A program made the translations under genes and the position numbers. Below are positions 18,916-28,650 of a stretch of DNA of 64,000 nt, one piece after another (positions within the stretch are counted from its first letter, which is position 1; each line of letters begins with the position of its first letter). Source of the stretch: Elusimicrobiota bacterium. GTDB taxonomy: Bacteria; Elusimicrobiota; Elusimicrobia; FEN-1173; JAKLIF01. Below the pieces are notes generated by a model that was given only the letters and a program-made list of their open reading frames with translations, did not search any database and was not told the origin of the DNA. Location: assembly GCA_022709755.1 (NCBI GenBank), contig JAKLIF010000009.1:10694-74693 (forward strand). Direction: 5' to 3'.

Positions 18916-19964
18916 CGGGTCTCTCCCCGGAGGCGTATCGCCTCCTCATAGACGTTCAGAGTTTGTTGGACCATCATCGTCATGCCGTATCGCGTCGACG
19001 CCAACTCGTGGGCGCGGCGTCCCATGGATCGGCGCATGTCGCCCTTCCGTATCAACGCGAGGATACATTGTCCCATAATCCGGGGATTTTGTGGAGGAAC
19101 CAGGAAACCGTTGTCTCCGCTGGACAACAGTTCCGGCAGACAGCCGACGGCGGTCCCGACCACGGGGCGCCCGCAGGAGAACCATTCCAGACAGACCCGG
19201 GAGATGGCCTCGCTCCCGACGGAAGCGATGACCCCGATATGGCACGAGCGCATGAAGCCCCCCACATCGTCGATGCGGCCCTGGAACCGGACTTTGCGCC
19301 CCAGACTCAGTTCACCGGCCAGCCGCTCCAACGACGCGCGCCGGATGTTCTTCTCCTCGCCGACGACCTCGAAGACGGCCTCCGGGACCTCGGCGGCGAT
19401 GTCCTTGATCGCGCGGAGAAAATCGTCGTGTCCCTTGACGGGGTCCAGGCGGCCGACCAGGGCGATGCGCACGGGACCCGGCGGTTCCGGCACGAACGGA
19501 GAAACCGGTTGTCCCGGATAGATCGTATGGGTCCGCTCTTCCGGATAGTCCAACCGGGCGTGGTATTGGACCTCAATCATCTTCGACGCCGCGATGACGC
19601 GGTCGGTCCGGCCATACAACATCGCCCCCCACCATCGTTTCCTCACGGGACGGGCATCTCCCCTCGTCCGGATCAGCGCCGTCCTTGTCCCAAGCGAAAG
19701 AAGGTAACCCCACAGGTGACCGGACCCGGTATGAGCGTTGATGACATCGAACGAGCCCGCGCGGCCACGGCGGTAGAACGTGATTTTATCGTCGAGTTCC
19801 AGGAGCTCGAGTCCGCCCCGAACGGCCTCCGTCGCCGCCGGCCGGTCCCGATACGCCGCCACGGACACAGAGTGTCCCGCCGCCTTCAACGCGCCGGCCA
19901 GGGACAGCGCGTAGTGCGTCAGGCCCGAATCCCACCGTTCATCGATAATGTGCAATATCCTCAT
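18912..19964 (-). CDS. Glycosyltransferase family 4
   Basis: MRILHIIDERWDSGLTHYALSLA, then GVIASVGSEAISRVCLEWFSCGRPVVGTAVGCLPE. ATG 19964 forms an ATGA overlap. The track start at 20510 extends 182 Arg/Gly-rich codons into the upstream gene. Confidence 0.8.
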   Translation of the reverse strand: MRILHIIDERWDSGLTHYALSLAGALKAAGHSVSVAAYRDRPAATEAVRGGLELLELDDKITFYRRGRAGSFDVINAHTGSGHLWGYLLSLGTRTALIRTRGDARPVRKRWWGAMLYGRTDRVIAASKMIEVQYHARLDYPEERTHTIYPGQPVSPFVPEPPGPVRIALVGRLDPVKGHDDFLRAIKDIAAEVPEAVFEVVGEEKNIRRASLERLAGELSLGRKVRFQGRIDDVGGFMRSCHIGVIASVGSEAISRVCLEWFSCGRPVVGTAVGCLPELLSSGDNGFLVPPQNPRIMGQCILALIRKGDMRRSMGRRAHELASTRYGMTMMVQQTLNVYEEAIRLRGETR

Positions 19965-20974
19965 CGAACCCCTTCCGCTTTCAAAACCGTGTCGGCGGCG
20001 GCCAGCACTTGATCCACGTCGATCTCGGACATGCATCGGAAATGGCGTTCCGGGCACGATGGGGAACCATGGAGATGGCAGGGACGGCAATAAAGCCGGT
20101 CCGGCCCCTCCCCGTTCTGGACGACAACCGATCTTCCGGACGGGAAAAAACCGAATTCGCGCACGGTGGGGCCGAAAACGGCCACCGTCGGCACTCCCCA
20201 CGCCGAGGCGACGTGCATCGGGCCCGAATCGTTCGTCAGGAAAATCGAACACCGCCGGATCAGGATGAGGAGTTCCCGGAGCGTCGTCTTGCCCGCCAGA
20301 CTGACGCAGGGAGCCGCCAACGTCCGCATCACCTGTTCCGCCGCCGGAACATCGGACGGGGAACCGAACAGGACAACCGGACCGCCGAGACGGGCGGCCA
20401 ACCGGTCCGCCGCCTCGGCGAACCGTTCGGGGATCCAGCATTTCGTCGCATGACGCGCGCCGGGAGCGACCCCGACCACAGGTCCCTTCCCCAGACATCG
20501 GTCCATCCACGAGGGCAACCGATCCGACGGAGACGGATAGAGACGCGGCGTCGGCGGCACATCGACGGACACCCCCACCGTCTCCAGATACCGTTGGACC
20601 ACGTTTTTAGCGAGAGCCGGGGATGACCGTTTCGACCACACCAGTTTCCGGCGGGCTCCGATGTCCTTATCATAACGGGCCACATCGGCGCGGCCGCCGA
20701 AGGACGTCCAGACGAAGGACCGGAACGTCCCGTGCAGGTCGATCACCTGATGGAAGGATCGACGGCGGATCTCCCTGAACCAGCCCCACAACCCACGGTC
20801 TTCAAAAACCGCCACTTCATCGACGTCCGGATTCCCCTCGAAAACGGAGACATAGGCTTTTTTCACGAGGACCGTGACGCGGCATCCCGGCCATTTCCTC
20901 CGGACCTCCGGGAGGACGGGGGTCGTCAGCAACACATCCCCCAACGACGATAGACGGATGACCAGAACGTTCAT
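19961..20974 (-). CDS. Glycosyltransferase family 9 (heptosyltransferase-like)
   Basis: MNVLVIRLSSLGDVLLTTPVLPEVRRKWP, then FLTNDSGPMHVASAWGVPTVAVFGPT. ATGA overlap with the waaA stop. Confidence 0.85.
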   Translation of the reverse strand: MNVLVIRLSSLGDVLLTTPVLPEVRRKWPGCRVTVLVKKAYVSVFEGNPDVDEVAVFEDRGLWGWFREIRRRSFHQVIDLHGTFRSFVWTSFGGRADVARYDKDIGARRKLVWSKRSSPALAKNVVQRYLETVGVSVDVPPTPRLYPSPSDRLPSWMDRCLGKGPVVGVAPGARHATKCWIPERFAEAADRLAARLGGPVVLFGSPSDVPAAEQVMRTLAAPCVSLAGKTTLRELLILIRRCSIFLTNDSGPMHVASAWGVPTVAVFGPTVREFGFFPSGRSVVVQNGEGPDRLYCRPCHLHGSPSCPERHFRCMSEIDVDQVLAAADTVLKAEGVR

Positions 20975-22242
20975 GACGACAGGGCGCTCTCGATCATCGC
21001 CAACGTCCTCTCGACGGCGCCGGATTGAAGTCCGGCCACGCGGGCCGCGGCCGCCCCCGCGCGCAGACGCTCGGATTCGTCACCCCGGTATAGTTTCAGG
21101 CATGCCAGGAGGTCCTGGCTGTCCCGGACGACGACGGCCCCCTTCTCCTTCAAAAAAGATTCAACCATCTCCGAAAAATTCTCCATGGAAGGACCGAACA
21201 GGACCGGGACGCCGTAACGCGCCGGTTCGAGGGGATTCTGCCCCCCATGCCGGATGAGACTTCCCCCCACGAAAGCGACCTGGCCCAATTGATAGAGTTC
21301 CCCCAGTTCCCCCATCACGTCCAGCACCAAAACATCCAACTCCCCGGGATCGGAACTCAGGAGGGAACGCCGTTCCCCCCGGAAAGGACCGTGATCCTTG
21401 ACGGCGGCCAGGAGACCGCCGGCCCGGTCGATGTTCCGGGGAGCCAATATCATCTTGATGCTCTCCCCTTTCCTCCTCATCCCGATGAAGGCCTTCAGAA
21501 GGGTCTCCTCCTCCCCCTCGTGGGTGCTCCCGCAGATCCAGATGAAATCGTCGGGGGTAAAACCATATTTCCGTCGACGGGCGGCAAGGTCGGCCGCGCG
21601 TTTCGGCTGCACATCGTATTTAAGATTCCCGACGACCCGCACCCGGTCGGATGGAACTCCCAGAGTCCGGAACCGGTCCGCATTCCGCGCGCTCTGAGCG
21701 CCGACCATCGAGAGGCGCGAAAACACCCGCCTCCAGAATCCCCCCAACAACGAATAAGCGCGGAACGCCTTGTCAGACAACCTGCCGTTGACGACCAGAA
21801 CGGGGACCGCGTTCTCCGAAAACGCCACGATCCATTGGGGCCATATCTCCGTCTCCACGAGGACCACCATCTTCGGTTTCCAGCGATCGATCAAGCGCCG
21901 GACGCACCCCTTGAAATCCAAGGGAGCCAAACGGACTTCATCGGCCATGCACGCCTTTCCCGCCAGAGCCTTCCCGTTCACCGTCGTCGTCGTCAAGAAG
22001 ATCCTCAAGCGTGGATTCCGCTGACGGAACGCCGCGATCAACGGCTGAACGGCCTTCACCTCTCCGACGGAGGAGGCATGGAACCAGACGGCCGGACGGC
22101 CGTCGGCTTCGCCGGAGGAGACGAGATCCATCCCCGAGCGTTCACTCAATCCCGCCAGGGTCTTCTTCAAACCGAAACGCCAGACGAAGAGCAGGAAGAG
22201 CAGCGGCAAAGACAAGAAAGAGAGGACTGTATAGAGGGTCAT
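20971..22242 (-). CDS. waaA: 3-deoxy-D-manno-octulosonic acid (Kdo) transferase
   Basis: 423 aa with an N-terminal TM segment, then VWFHASSVGEVKAVQPLI, TTTTVNG, ETEIWP and FVGGSLIRHGGQNPLEPA, typical of WaaA/KdtA. Confidence 0.85.
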   Translation of the reverse strand: MTLYTVLSFLSLPLLFLLFVWRFGLKKTLAGLSERSGMDLVSSGEADGRPAVWFHASSVGEVKAVQPLIAAFRQRNPRLRIFLTTTTVNGKALAGKACMADEVRLAPLDFKGCVRRLIDRWKPKMVVLVETEIWPQWIVAFSENAVPVLVVNGRLSDKAFRAYSLLGGFWRRVFSRLSMVGAQSARNADRFRTLGVPSDRVRVVGNLKYDVQPKRAADLAARRRKYGFTPDDFIWICGSTHEGEEETLLKAFIGMRRKGESIKMILAPRNIDRAGGLLAAVKDHGPFRGERRSLLSSDPGELDVLVLDVMGELGELYQLGQVAFVGGSLIRHGGQNPLEPARYGVPVLFGPSMENFSEMVESFLKEKGAVVVRDSQDLLACLKLYRGDESERLRAGAAAARVAGLQSGAVERTLAMIESALSS

Positions 22243-22244
22243 GA

Positions 22245-22931
22245 TCAGCAGGGGGCCGTTTTCGACAAAGCCAGCAATTCATCCTGCGCCTTCCGGAAGG
22301 CGTCATCCAGGGCGCGCTGGACGCGTTGGGCCGCCAGATCCCGGTCCTCGTCCGCGGGGATGACGACGGGATCGCCATGACAGACCACGACGCGGCCGAA
22401 CGGTTTGGGGATCATGAAGCGATCCCAGGACGACAATTCCTTCACGCGAGAGCCGGCCCACGCCAACGGCACGATCGGGGCGCCGGTCTTCTGGGCGGCC
22501 AGGATCAGCCCCTGATGAACGGACCGGTAAGGGCCTTTGGGGCCGTCCGGAGTGAACGCCACGCAGCGGGCCTCCTGCAATTCGCGGATCAATGTGACGA
22601 GGGCACGGGCCCCCCCCCGGCTCGACGATCCCCGGGCCGTCAAAAACCCCAGGCGGTGGATGGTGCGGGCGATCAATTCCCCGTCGAAACTCTGGCTGAC
22701 CAAAACGACGATCCGACGGAAACGGTGTGAATAAACGAGGAGGAGTTGGAACCGGTGCCAGAACCCGTAGATGAACGGCTGTCTTCTCTCCATCAATTCC
22801 AGATAACCGCGGCTATTGGAGAAGGTGATGCGGGAGGTGCGGCCGAGGATTTGGAGGATGAGCCAGCCGGCCCAGGAAACGAGTGCGGCGATCATTCGTT
22901 GACGAGGCGACAGAGACGAAGAGACCGTCAT
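22245..22931 (-). CDS. DUF374-domain lysophospholipid-acyltransferase-like protein
   Basis: FWHRFQLLLVY, SQSFDGELIARTIHRLGFLTARGSSSRGGARAL, FTPDGPKGP and APIVPL. This family commonly accompanies waaA. ATG 22931 gives 228 aa; the track start is 23168. Confidence 0.7.
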   Translation of the reverse strand: MTVSSSLSPRQRMIAALVSWAGWLILQILGRTSRITFSNSRGYLELMERRQPFIYGFWHRFQLLLVYSHRFRRIVVLVSQSFDGELIARTIHRLGFLTARGSSSRGGARALVTLIRELQEARCVAFTPDGPKGPYRSVHQGLILAAQKTGAPIVPLAWAGSRVKELSSWDRFMIPKPFGRVVVCHGDPVVIPADEDRDLAAQRVQRALDDAFRKAQDELLALSKTAPC

Positions 22932-22989
22932 TCCGACTCCACCTCGTCCCGTTCCCGATTCGTCATAGGTATCGCCGCGATGAGGAGGA

Positions 22990-23589
22990 TTATTTGGAAG
23001 CGCGTCGTTTGGTCGGAGGCCACCAGAAGAGACACCCGATCCTCGAAAATCGGGGCAGGAGATGGTCCTGCCCGTCGAGTTGGATCTGGATCTTGGAGCC
23101 GTCCAGGAAGTTGAGGATGTCCCGGGCCATGGGGTCCGGAACGGAAAACATCTGGTTGGAAGTGTCACATCCCTCGCGCTTGGCTTCTTCGGTCACCAAC
23201 CGCCCGACGAAATGAGCGGACTGATCGGCCGCCTCATAGCCGACAGCGGTCAGGATCTGACTGCGCAATCCCTCTCCGCGGGACAGGCAGTTCCCCAGTT
23301 CTTCCTCCAAGCCGTTGCCGATGGTCGCCGCATAGAAGGTCAGCGAGACCGGTTGGGCGCCATTTTCATTGGTGGCTTCCAGAAGGGACCGAGCCCATTC
23401 CGGAGATTTATCCCTCGGGCAGGTCTCGTAGAGCGCCGCCGTGGAATAGAGCTCCTCCGCATTCCGGATCTCCGTCTCGATGGCCTTCTCGAGTTCGGGA
23501 GTGTCCTGCGCATCGGCCACCAACGCCTTCAGACCCCGGAACGTGTAGGATGGCCGCGGTTGGACACGGAACTTTTTTATCTTTTTCAT
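22990..23589 (-). CDS. Hypothetical protein, MetH activation-domain-like (Met_synt_B12-like) by C-terminal pattern
   Basis: 199 aa from ATG 23589 (MKKIKKFRVQPRP). The C-terminal FSVPDPMARDILNFLDGSKIQIQLDGQDHLLPRFSRIGCLFWWP resembles the GYPACPD...LTES.AM.P.aSVSG.yF.HP end of the MetH AdoMet-binding domain. This is by-eye similarity only. Confidence 0.45.
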   Translation of the reverse strand: MKKIKKFRVQPRPSYTFRGLKALVADAQDTPELEKAIETEIRNAEELYSTAALYETCPRDKSPEWARSLLEATNENGAQPVSLTFYAATIGNGLEEELGNCLSRGEGLRSQILTAVGYEAADQSAHFVGRLVTEEAKREGCDTSNQMFSVPDPMARDILNFLDGSKIQIQLDGQDHLLPRFSRIGCLFWWPPTKRRASK

Positions 23590-23597
23590 GGGGAACG

Positions 23598-24518
23598 CTA
23601 TTTTTTGACGGCGGGGCGATACCGGGCATCCCGGCGGGTCTGCCAATCATAGACCATCGGCGTCGCGATGAACAGGGTGGAATAGCTTCCCACCACGACC
23701 CCGAACGTCAGGGCCAACGAAAAGTCATGGATGACCTGTCCGCCAAAAAAGAGGAGCGAGAGAAGGACCGTGAAGACGGTGAACGAGGTGATGATGGTCC
23801 TCGACAGCGTCTCGTTCAGGGACCGGTTGATGAGGACGTCCAGAGACTCTTTCCGCCGAGCCCGAAGGTTCTCGCGGATGCGGTCGAAGATGACGATGGT
23901 GTCGTTGATGGAATAACCGGCCAGGGTGAGGAGCGCCGCGATGACCGTCAACGAAACTTCCTTGTTCGTCACGGAAAAAAAACCGACCGTTATGAAAACG
24001 TCGTGGGCCAGGGCCAGCACGCCCGAAACGCCCCAGATCCAGTTCTTGAAGCGGAAGGCCACATAGAGGACGATCCCCAACATGGACAAGATGATGGCCC
24101 AGAACGCCTGTTTGACCAGATGCTGGCCGACCGCCGGGCCGACGAACTCCACGCGTTCGATCTGGAACTTGTTGTCGACGAATCTCTTATTCAGCCCTTC
24201 CAGGATCGTGTTCGACAACTCATCCTTGGCCTTATCCCCTCTTTTGAACCGGATGATGACGGCATTGTGTTCCGGAACGCTCTGGAGATCGGCCCCTTCC
24301 AACCCTATCGAGGCGATCGTCTGTCGGATCTCGTCCATGGGAACGGGATTGGCGAAAAAGCCCTGGATCAGCGTCCCTCCCGTGAAGTCGATGCTGAAGT
24401 TCGGTCCCCGATGCATGACCAGGGAGACGATGCTGACCGCCGCCAGAACACCGGACAACGCGTAGAAATAGTGCCGGACCTTGAGAAAGTCGAAGTTGGG
24501 TGTTTTGAAGAATTCCAT
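23598..24518 (-). CDS. secF: Protein translocase subunit SecF
   Basis: 306 aa with FDFLKVRHYFYALSG, IDFTGGT, SINDTIVIFDRIREN and six TM segments. It lies directly downstream of secD. Confidence 0.9.
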   Translation of the reverse strand: MEFFKTPNFDFLKVRHYFYALSGVLAAVSIVSLVMHRGPNFSIDFTGGTLIQGFFANPVPMDEIRQTIASIGLEGADLQSVPEHNAVIIRFKRGDKAKDELSNTILEGLNKRFVDNKFQIERVEFVGPAVGQHLVKQAFWAIILSMLGIVLYVAFRFKNWIWGVSGVLALAHDVFITVGFFSVTNKEVSLTVIAALLTLAGYSINDTIVIFDRIRENLRARRKESLDVLINRSLNETLSRTIITSFTVFTVLLSLLFFGGQVIHDFSLALTFGVVVGSYSTLFIATPMVYDWQTRRDARYRPAVKK

Positions 24519-24522
24519 GGGA

Positions 24523-25956
24523 TTATACGCTCAATTTCTGGATGGGTCTGAAAGACATCCAAAGTTCATACACCGTGTGGGTGACCATGATGGCCGTAAA
24601 CATCGAGGCCATCAGGCCCAACATCAGCGATACGCCGAACCCTTTGATGGGGCCTGTCCCGAATTGGAACAAGAACACAGCCGCGATCAGAGTCGTCAAG
24701 TTACCGTCGAAGATGGCCGAAAAAGCTTTTTCATATCCGGCATCGATGCACAGTCGGACCGTCTTTCCCAGCCGGATCTCCTCCCGGATGCGTTCCAGGA
24801 TGAGCACGTTGGCATCGACGGCCATACCGATCGTCAGGATGATCCCCGCGATACCCGGCATGGTCAATGTGGCATGCAGAGCCGACATTCCGGCCAGCAG
24901 CAACAACAGGTTCAGCACCAACGCCATATTGGCCAACATCCCCGACCAGCCGTAATAGACGGCCATGAAGATGAAGATGCCGATCATGCCGATCAGGCAA
25001 GCCATCATACCGGCCTTGATGGAATCGTCTCCCAGCGTCGGGCCGACGGTCCGTTCCTCCACCGTCTCCAAGGGCGCGGGCAACGAACCGGCCTGCAGGA
25101 CGGTCTTGAGGAGTTTGGATTCTTCCGGGCCGAAATTCCCCTCGATGATGGCCCGGCCGTCCGGGATCCGGGTGCGGATCACCGGAGCCGACTGGACGAC
25201 GCCGTCGAGGACGATGGCCAACTGCCTCTCGATGTTCGCCTCCGTCACTCGGGCAAATTGTTTGGCCCCTTCCGGATTGAACTCCAGGGAAACCACCGGG
25301 AAACCGGAATATTGACCTCCCAGCTCCACCCGCGCGTTGACCAGGTTGGCCCCCGTCATTTCCGGAGTGGACCTGACCAAGTAGAAATTCTGTTCACGCC
25401 CGGGGAGAAGTGCCGTCCCGGGAGGGAGCATCTTCGTGATCTCGTCGGGCATCTGCCCCAGGCGGACCGTCTCCGTGGCGAGCCCCATCTCGCGGACCTT
25501 CGCCTCGATGGCGCCGGCCGCCTCCGGGGATTCGACCAGGCGGAACTCCAGCAGGGCCGTCTTCCCGATGAGAGAGCGGGCCTGTTCGCGGTCCGTCACA
25601 CCGGGCATCTGTACCACGATCCATCGATCCCCCTGGGCGACGATGAGGACTTCTCCCAACCCATACTGGTCGATGCGGTTCCGGATGATCTCGATGGCGC
25701 GCTCGATCGCTTCACGGCGGGTCTCGATCGAATCATCCTTGAGGGCTTCGGTCTTCAATTCCAGGACCATGTGGATACCGCCCTGCAGGTCCAGTCCGAG
25801 GTTCAATATCTTCTTCGACAAGGGATGACGGCGGAGCCGCATTTTGTCCTGCTCCACCCTCGAATTGGAATACCACTGGATGGACGGCGCGAGATAGACC
25901 GCCGAGATGACGAATACGACGAAGATGATGAGGAGACGCCAATGTGTTTTTGTCAT
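24523..25956 (-). CDS. secD: Protein translocase subunit SecD
   Basis: 477 aa with LGLDLQGG, a periplasmic domain, then GIAGIILTIGMAVDANVLILERIREE and GFGVSLMLG. Confidence 0.9.
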   Translation of the reverse strand: MTKTHWRLLIIFVVFVISAVYLAPSIQWYSNSRVEQDKMRLRRHPLSKKILNLGLDLQGGIHMVLELKTEALKDDSIETRREAIERAIEIIRNRIDQYGLGEVLIVAQGDRWIVVQMPGVTDREQARSLIGKTALLEFRLVESPEAAGAIEAKVREMGLATETVRLGQMPDEITKMLPPGTALLPGREQNFYLVRSTPEMTGANLVNARVELGGQYSGFPVVSLEFNPEGAKQFARVTEANIERQLAIVLDGVVQSAPVIRTRIPDGRAIIEGNFGPEESKLLKTVLQAGSLPAPLETVEERTVGPTLGDDSIKAGMMACLIGMIGIFIFMAVYYGWSGMLANMALVLNLLLLLAGMSALHATLTMPGIAGIILTIGMAVDANVLILERIREEIRLGKTVRLCIDAGYEKAFSAIFDGNLTTLIAAVFLFQFGTGPIKGFGVSLMLGLMASMFTAIMVTHTVYELWMSFRPIQKLSV

Positions 25957-25963
25957 GGTCCTT

Positions 25964-26365
25964 TTATTTCCCCGCTTCCTGTGGTGTGACCGCTGCCGTC
26001 TCCTGAGTCGGGTCCTTCGTCACCAACTGGGACACCGCCCCTTTGGCGATCAGGACTTTCACGTCGTCGTTGATCTTGACTTCGAGGGCCTCGCCCTTGA
26101 CGTTGATGATGGTGGCATAGATCCCTCCCTGGGTCAGGACCCTGTCCCCCCGCTTCAACGCGTTCAGCATCTCTTTGTGTTCCTTCGCCTGTTTCTGCTG
26201 GGGACGGATCAGCAGGAAATAGAATATGACGAAGATCAATATCCAAGGAAGCATCCCGACGATGCCCATCCCCCCCATGGGGGTCTGTCCCGCCGCCGCG
26301 GGGCCTTCCGCCCAGCCGGTCGATGCCATCGATAAACACGCAATGAAGCCCATTATTTTTGTCAT
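25964..26365 (-). CDS. yajC: Preprotein translocase subunit YajC
   Basis: A single TM segment followed by FYFLLIRPQQKQAKEHKEMLNALKRGDRVLTQGGIYATI. ATG 26365 forms an ATGA overlap with the upstream stop; an alternative ATG is at 26353. Confidence 0.85.
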   Translation of the reverse strand: MTKIMGFIACLSMASTGWAEGPAAAGQTPMGGMGIVGMLPWILIFVIFYFLLIRPQQKQAKEHKEMLNALKRGDRVLTQGGIYATIINVKGEALEVKINDDVKVLIAKGAVSQLVTKDPTQETAAVTPQEAGK

Positions 26366-27474
26366 TTTTTATTCCCTTTCGTCCAAATTGTAAGAGCCGC
26401 CGCCAACTGCACCCTGTCATCCGGGTCGTTCAAAGCCGGAATCGCTTCCGACCAATCCTTCTCGTTCGTGAAAGCCGCCAACGATTCGGCGGAACGGATC
26501 CGGACGTCGGCATCTTCGGAAGCCAGTCCCACCTGGACCACCACCAAACCGGAATTATCACCCAAGAGAGCCAGTGACCGTGCGACTTCGATCCGCACGA
26601 ACCCGTTCTCATCCGTCAACATGTTCTTCAGCGTGCCGGCGGCCTCTTGATTCCCGAAAGCCCCGAGAGCGACGACCGCCCGTTCCCGGACGACCGCACT
26701 GGAATCACGCAGGAGTGATGCCACCTCCCGCCACGCCTCCGCTTTCTTCGCGTTCTTCAGCCCCATCACCGCGGCCGCGCGGACCGAGCCCGACGGATCC
26801 GAAAGGCTTTCCAAGAGGATGTTGATGCTGCTTTCCTCGGGAGCTTCCGCCAACGCTTCCAACGCGGCCACCCGGATCCCCTCGTCTTCATCTTTGGCAG
26901 CCGACTGAAAAACGATGAGTTCCGTCCGGTCGCCCATCTTGGCCAATCCGACCGCGACGGCATCGCGGACCTGCCCGTTCTGGTCATGACGGGACCGTTT
27001 CAAGACCGCCTGCCACTGGGGACTCTTGAAATCCCCCAAGGCGCGGGCGGCGGCGGCCCGTTTCTTCGCGACGGCGATGGACTGAAATTGAACCAGAATC
27101 TGGTTGGCGCCCGTCGGAAGCGGCGTCTTCTCCAAAATATCCTGAAGGACGGGGCCCCCGCTCATGTCCCCTTTTTTGTAGAGGGCCACCGCCGCGGCGA
27201 TACGGACATACTCATCGCTGTCTTTCAGCAGATCGAGCAGAAGTTCCTTATCCTTGGGGAACGACAGGTCCCCCCACGTGGACGTTCCCCCCAGCGCGAT
27301 CGCCACCTTATCGCGCGTGGACGAATTGGTGCTGGAAACCGCTCCGCGGATGATTTTTTCGGCCTTTTGGACCGCCTCTTTGGACACTTTGCAGAAAGCC
27401 GGAAAAGAAAGTCCCACGGCGAGGAGACCGGATACGAAAATGGACCGTAAAATAAATCTGTTCTTTGTTTTCAT
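26362..27474 (-). CDS. Secreted/lipoprotein HEAT-repeat protein
   Basis: Signal peptide MKTKNRFILRSIFVSGLLAVGLSFPAFC. There are repeated units ending in VR..A..ALG (DEYVRIAAAVALY, NGQVRDAVAVGLA, DEGIRVAALEALA, SGSVRAAAVMGL, SAVVRERAVVALG, NGFVRIEVARSLA, DADVRIRSAESLA, DDRVQLAAALTI). Confidence 0.7.
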   Translation of the reverse strand: MKTKNRFILRSIFVSGLLAVGLSFPAFCKVSKEAVQKAEKIIRGAVSSTNSSTRDKVAIALGGTSTWGDLSFPKDKELLLDLLKDSDEYVRIAAAVALYKKGDMSGGPVLQDILEKTPLPTGANQILVQFQSIAVAKKRAAAARALGDFKSPQWQAVLKRSRHDQNGQVRDAVAVGLAKMGDRTELIVFQSAAKDEDEGIRVAALEALAEAPEESSINILLESLSDPSGSVRAAAVMGLKNAKKAEAWREVASLLRDSSAVVRERAVVALGAFGNQEAAGTLKNMLTDENGFVRIEVARSLALLGDNSGLVVVQVGLASEDADVRIRSAESLAAFTNEKDWSEAIPALNDPDDRVQLAAALTIWTKGNKK

Positions 27475-27525
27475 GGGTTCATCAATCGACCGACAGGAGG
27501 ACCGGTAGGGCAGGAAATGAGCGAC

Positions 27526-28650
27526 TTAGGCGGTATACCGCTCTAAAAACCTCTTTTTGAATGTTGTCCATTCTCCGTTTTCAATCGCTGTTCGAATTTG
27601 ACGGAGGAATTCTACCATAAAGGACAGGTTGTGTAAAGTCACAAGGCGGGGGCCCAGATATTCTCCCGAACGGAACAGATGGGAGAGGTAGGCCCGGGTG
27701 TATTTCCCGCAGGCCTCACAGCGGCAATCCGAATCGATGGGGGTGAAATCGGCCCGGCAAGACGAGTTCCTCAGGTTGAGGGGGCCGTCGAACGTCAGCG
27801 CCTGTCCATTCCGCGCGTTGCGGGTCGGAAGGACGCAATCGACCATATCCACCCCCCTGTCGACCGCTTCCAATATATCCTCGGGCTTCCCGATGCCCAT
27901 CAGGTAGCGCGGGCGGTCCACCGGCAGAAGAGGGGTGACGACCTCCAACATCTCCTGCATGATCTCTTTGGGTTCCCCCACGGATAACCCGCCGATGGCG
28001 TATCCGGGGAAATCCATCTCCACCATGCGTTCGGCACATTCCTTCCTGAGGGCGGGGTACGTCGATCCCTGAACGATGACGAACAGACGGGTCGCCGTCC
28101 CCTCCGTCTTCCGCCAAGACTCACGGCACCGTTGGGCCCACCTCAAAGTCCTCTCCATCATATCGCGCGCCACGCTCTCCGAGACGGGATAAGGCGGACA
28201 TTCATCCAAACACATGGCGATATCCACTCCCATCCGGATCTGGGTCTGCGTCACGCTCTCGGGTGTCAGCAAGTGCATTGTTCCGTCCACGTGGGATGAA
28301 AAGCGCACCCCCTCCTCCGACACGTCCCGGCGGGAGGCCAAGGAAAAGACCTGGTATCCGCCCGAATCGGTCAGGATGTTACGGGGCCACCCCATGAACC
28401 GGTGCAACCCGCCGGCTCGTTCCAGCGTCTCCAACCCCGGTCGCAACAACAGGTGATAGGTGTTGGCCAGGATGATCTCAAAACCCAGCCGTTCGACGTC
28501 CCCGGCGGAGAGAGTCTTGACGGTGGCCTGAGTTCCCACCGGCATGAACACCGGCGTCTGGACCGTGCCGTGGGAGAGTGTCACTTCCGCCCGACGCGGT
28601 CCGAGCGCCACGGGAGCGGACCGGAGCGTCAACAGAGAGGCCCCGCTCAT
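27526..28650 (-). CDS. tgt: Queuine tRNA-ribosyltransferase (tRNA-guanine transglycosylase)
   Basis: VQTPVFMPVGTQATVK, ILANTYHL, TDSGGYQV, GYAIGGLSVGE and the zinc site CxCxxC...H (CRCEACGKYTRAYLSHL). ATG 28650 forms an ATGA overlap with the upstream stop. Confidence 0.9.
   Translation of the reverse strand: MSGASLLTLRSAPVALGPRRAEVTLSHGTVQTPVFMPVGTQATVKTLSAGDVERLGFEIILANTYHLLLRPGLETLERAGGLHRFMGWPRNILTDSGGYQVFSLASRRDVSEEGVRFSSHVDGTMHLLTPESVTQTQIRMGVDIAMCLDECPPYPVSESVARDMMERTLRWAQRCRESWRKTEGTATRLFVIVQGSTYPALRKECAERMVEMDFPGYAIGGLSVGEPKEIMQEMLEVVTPLLPVDRPRYLMGIGKPEDILEAVDRGVDMVDCVLPTRNARNGQALTFDGPLNLRNSSCRADFTPIDSDCRCEACGKYTRAYLSHLFRSGEYLGPRLVTLHNLSFMVEFLRQIRTAIENGEWTTFKKRFLERYTA

Noticed and set aside
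24481-25989. A 502-aa plus-strand ORF antisense to secD. Similar long antisense ORFs are 11779..13407(-), 18543..20012(+), 21247..22380(+), 23550..24551(+), 38617..40017(+), 40673..41974(+), 46168..47544(+) and 13986..15029(-).
   Set aside because: All are opposite genes with clear family motifs. Their products are Arg/Gly/Pro/His/Asp-rich and low in complexity, typical of spurious antisense frames in high-GC DNA.
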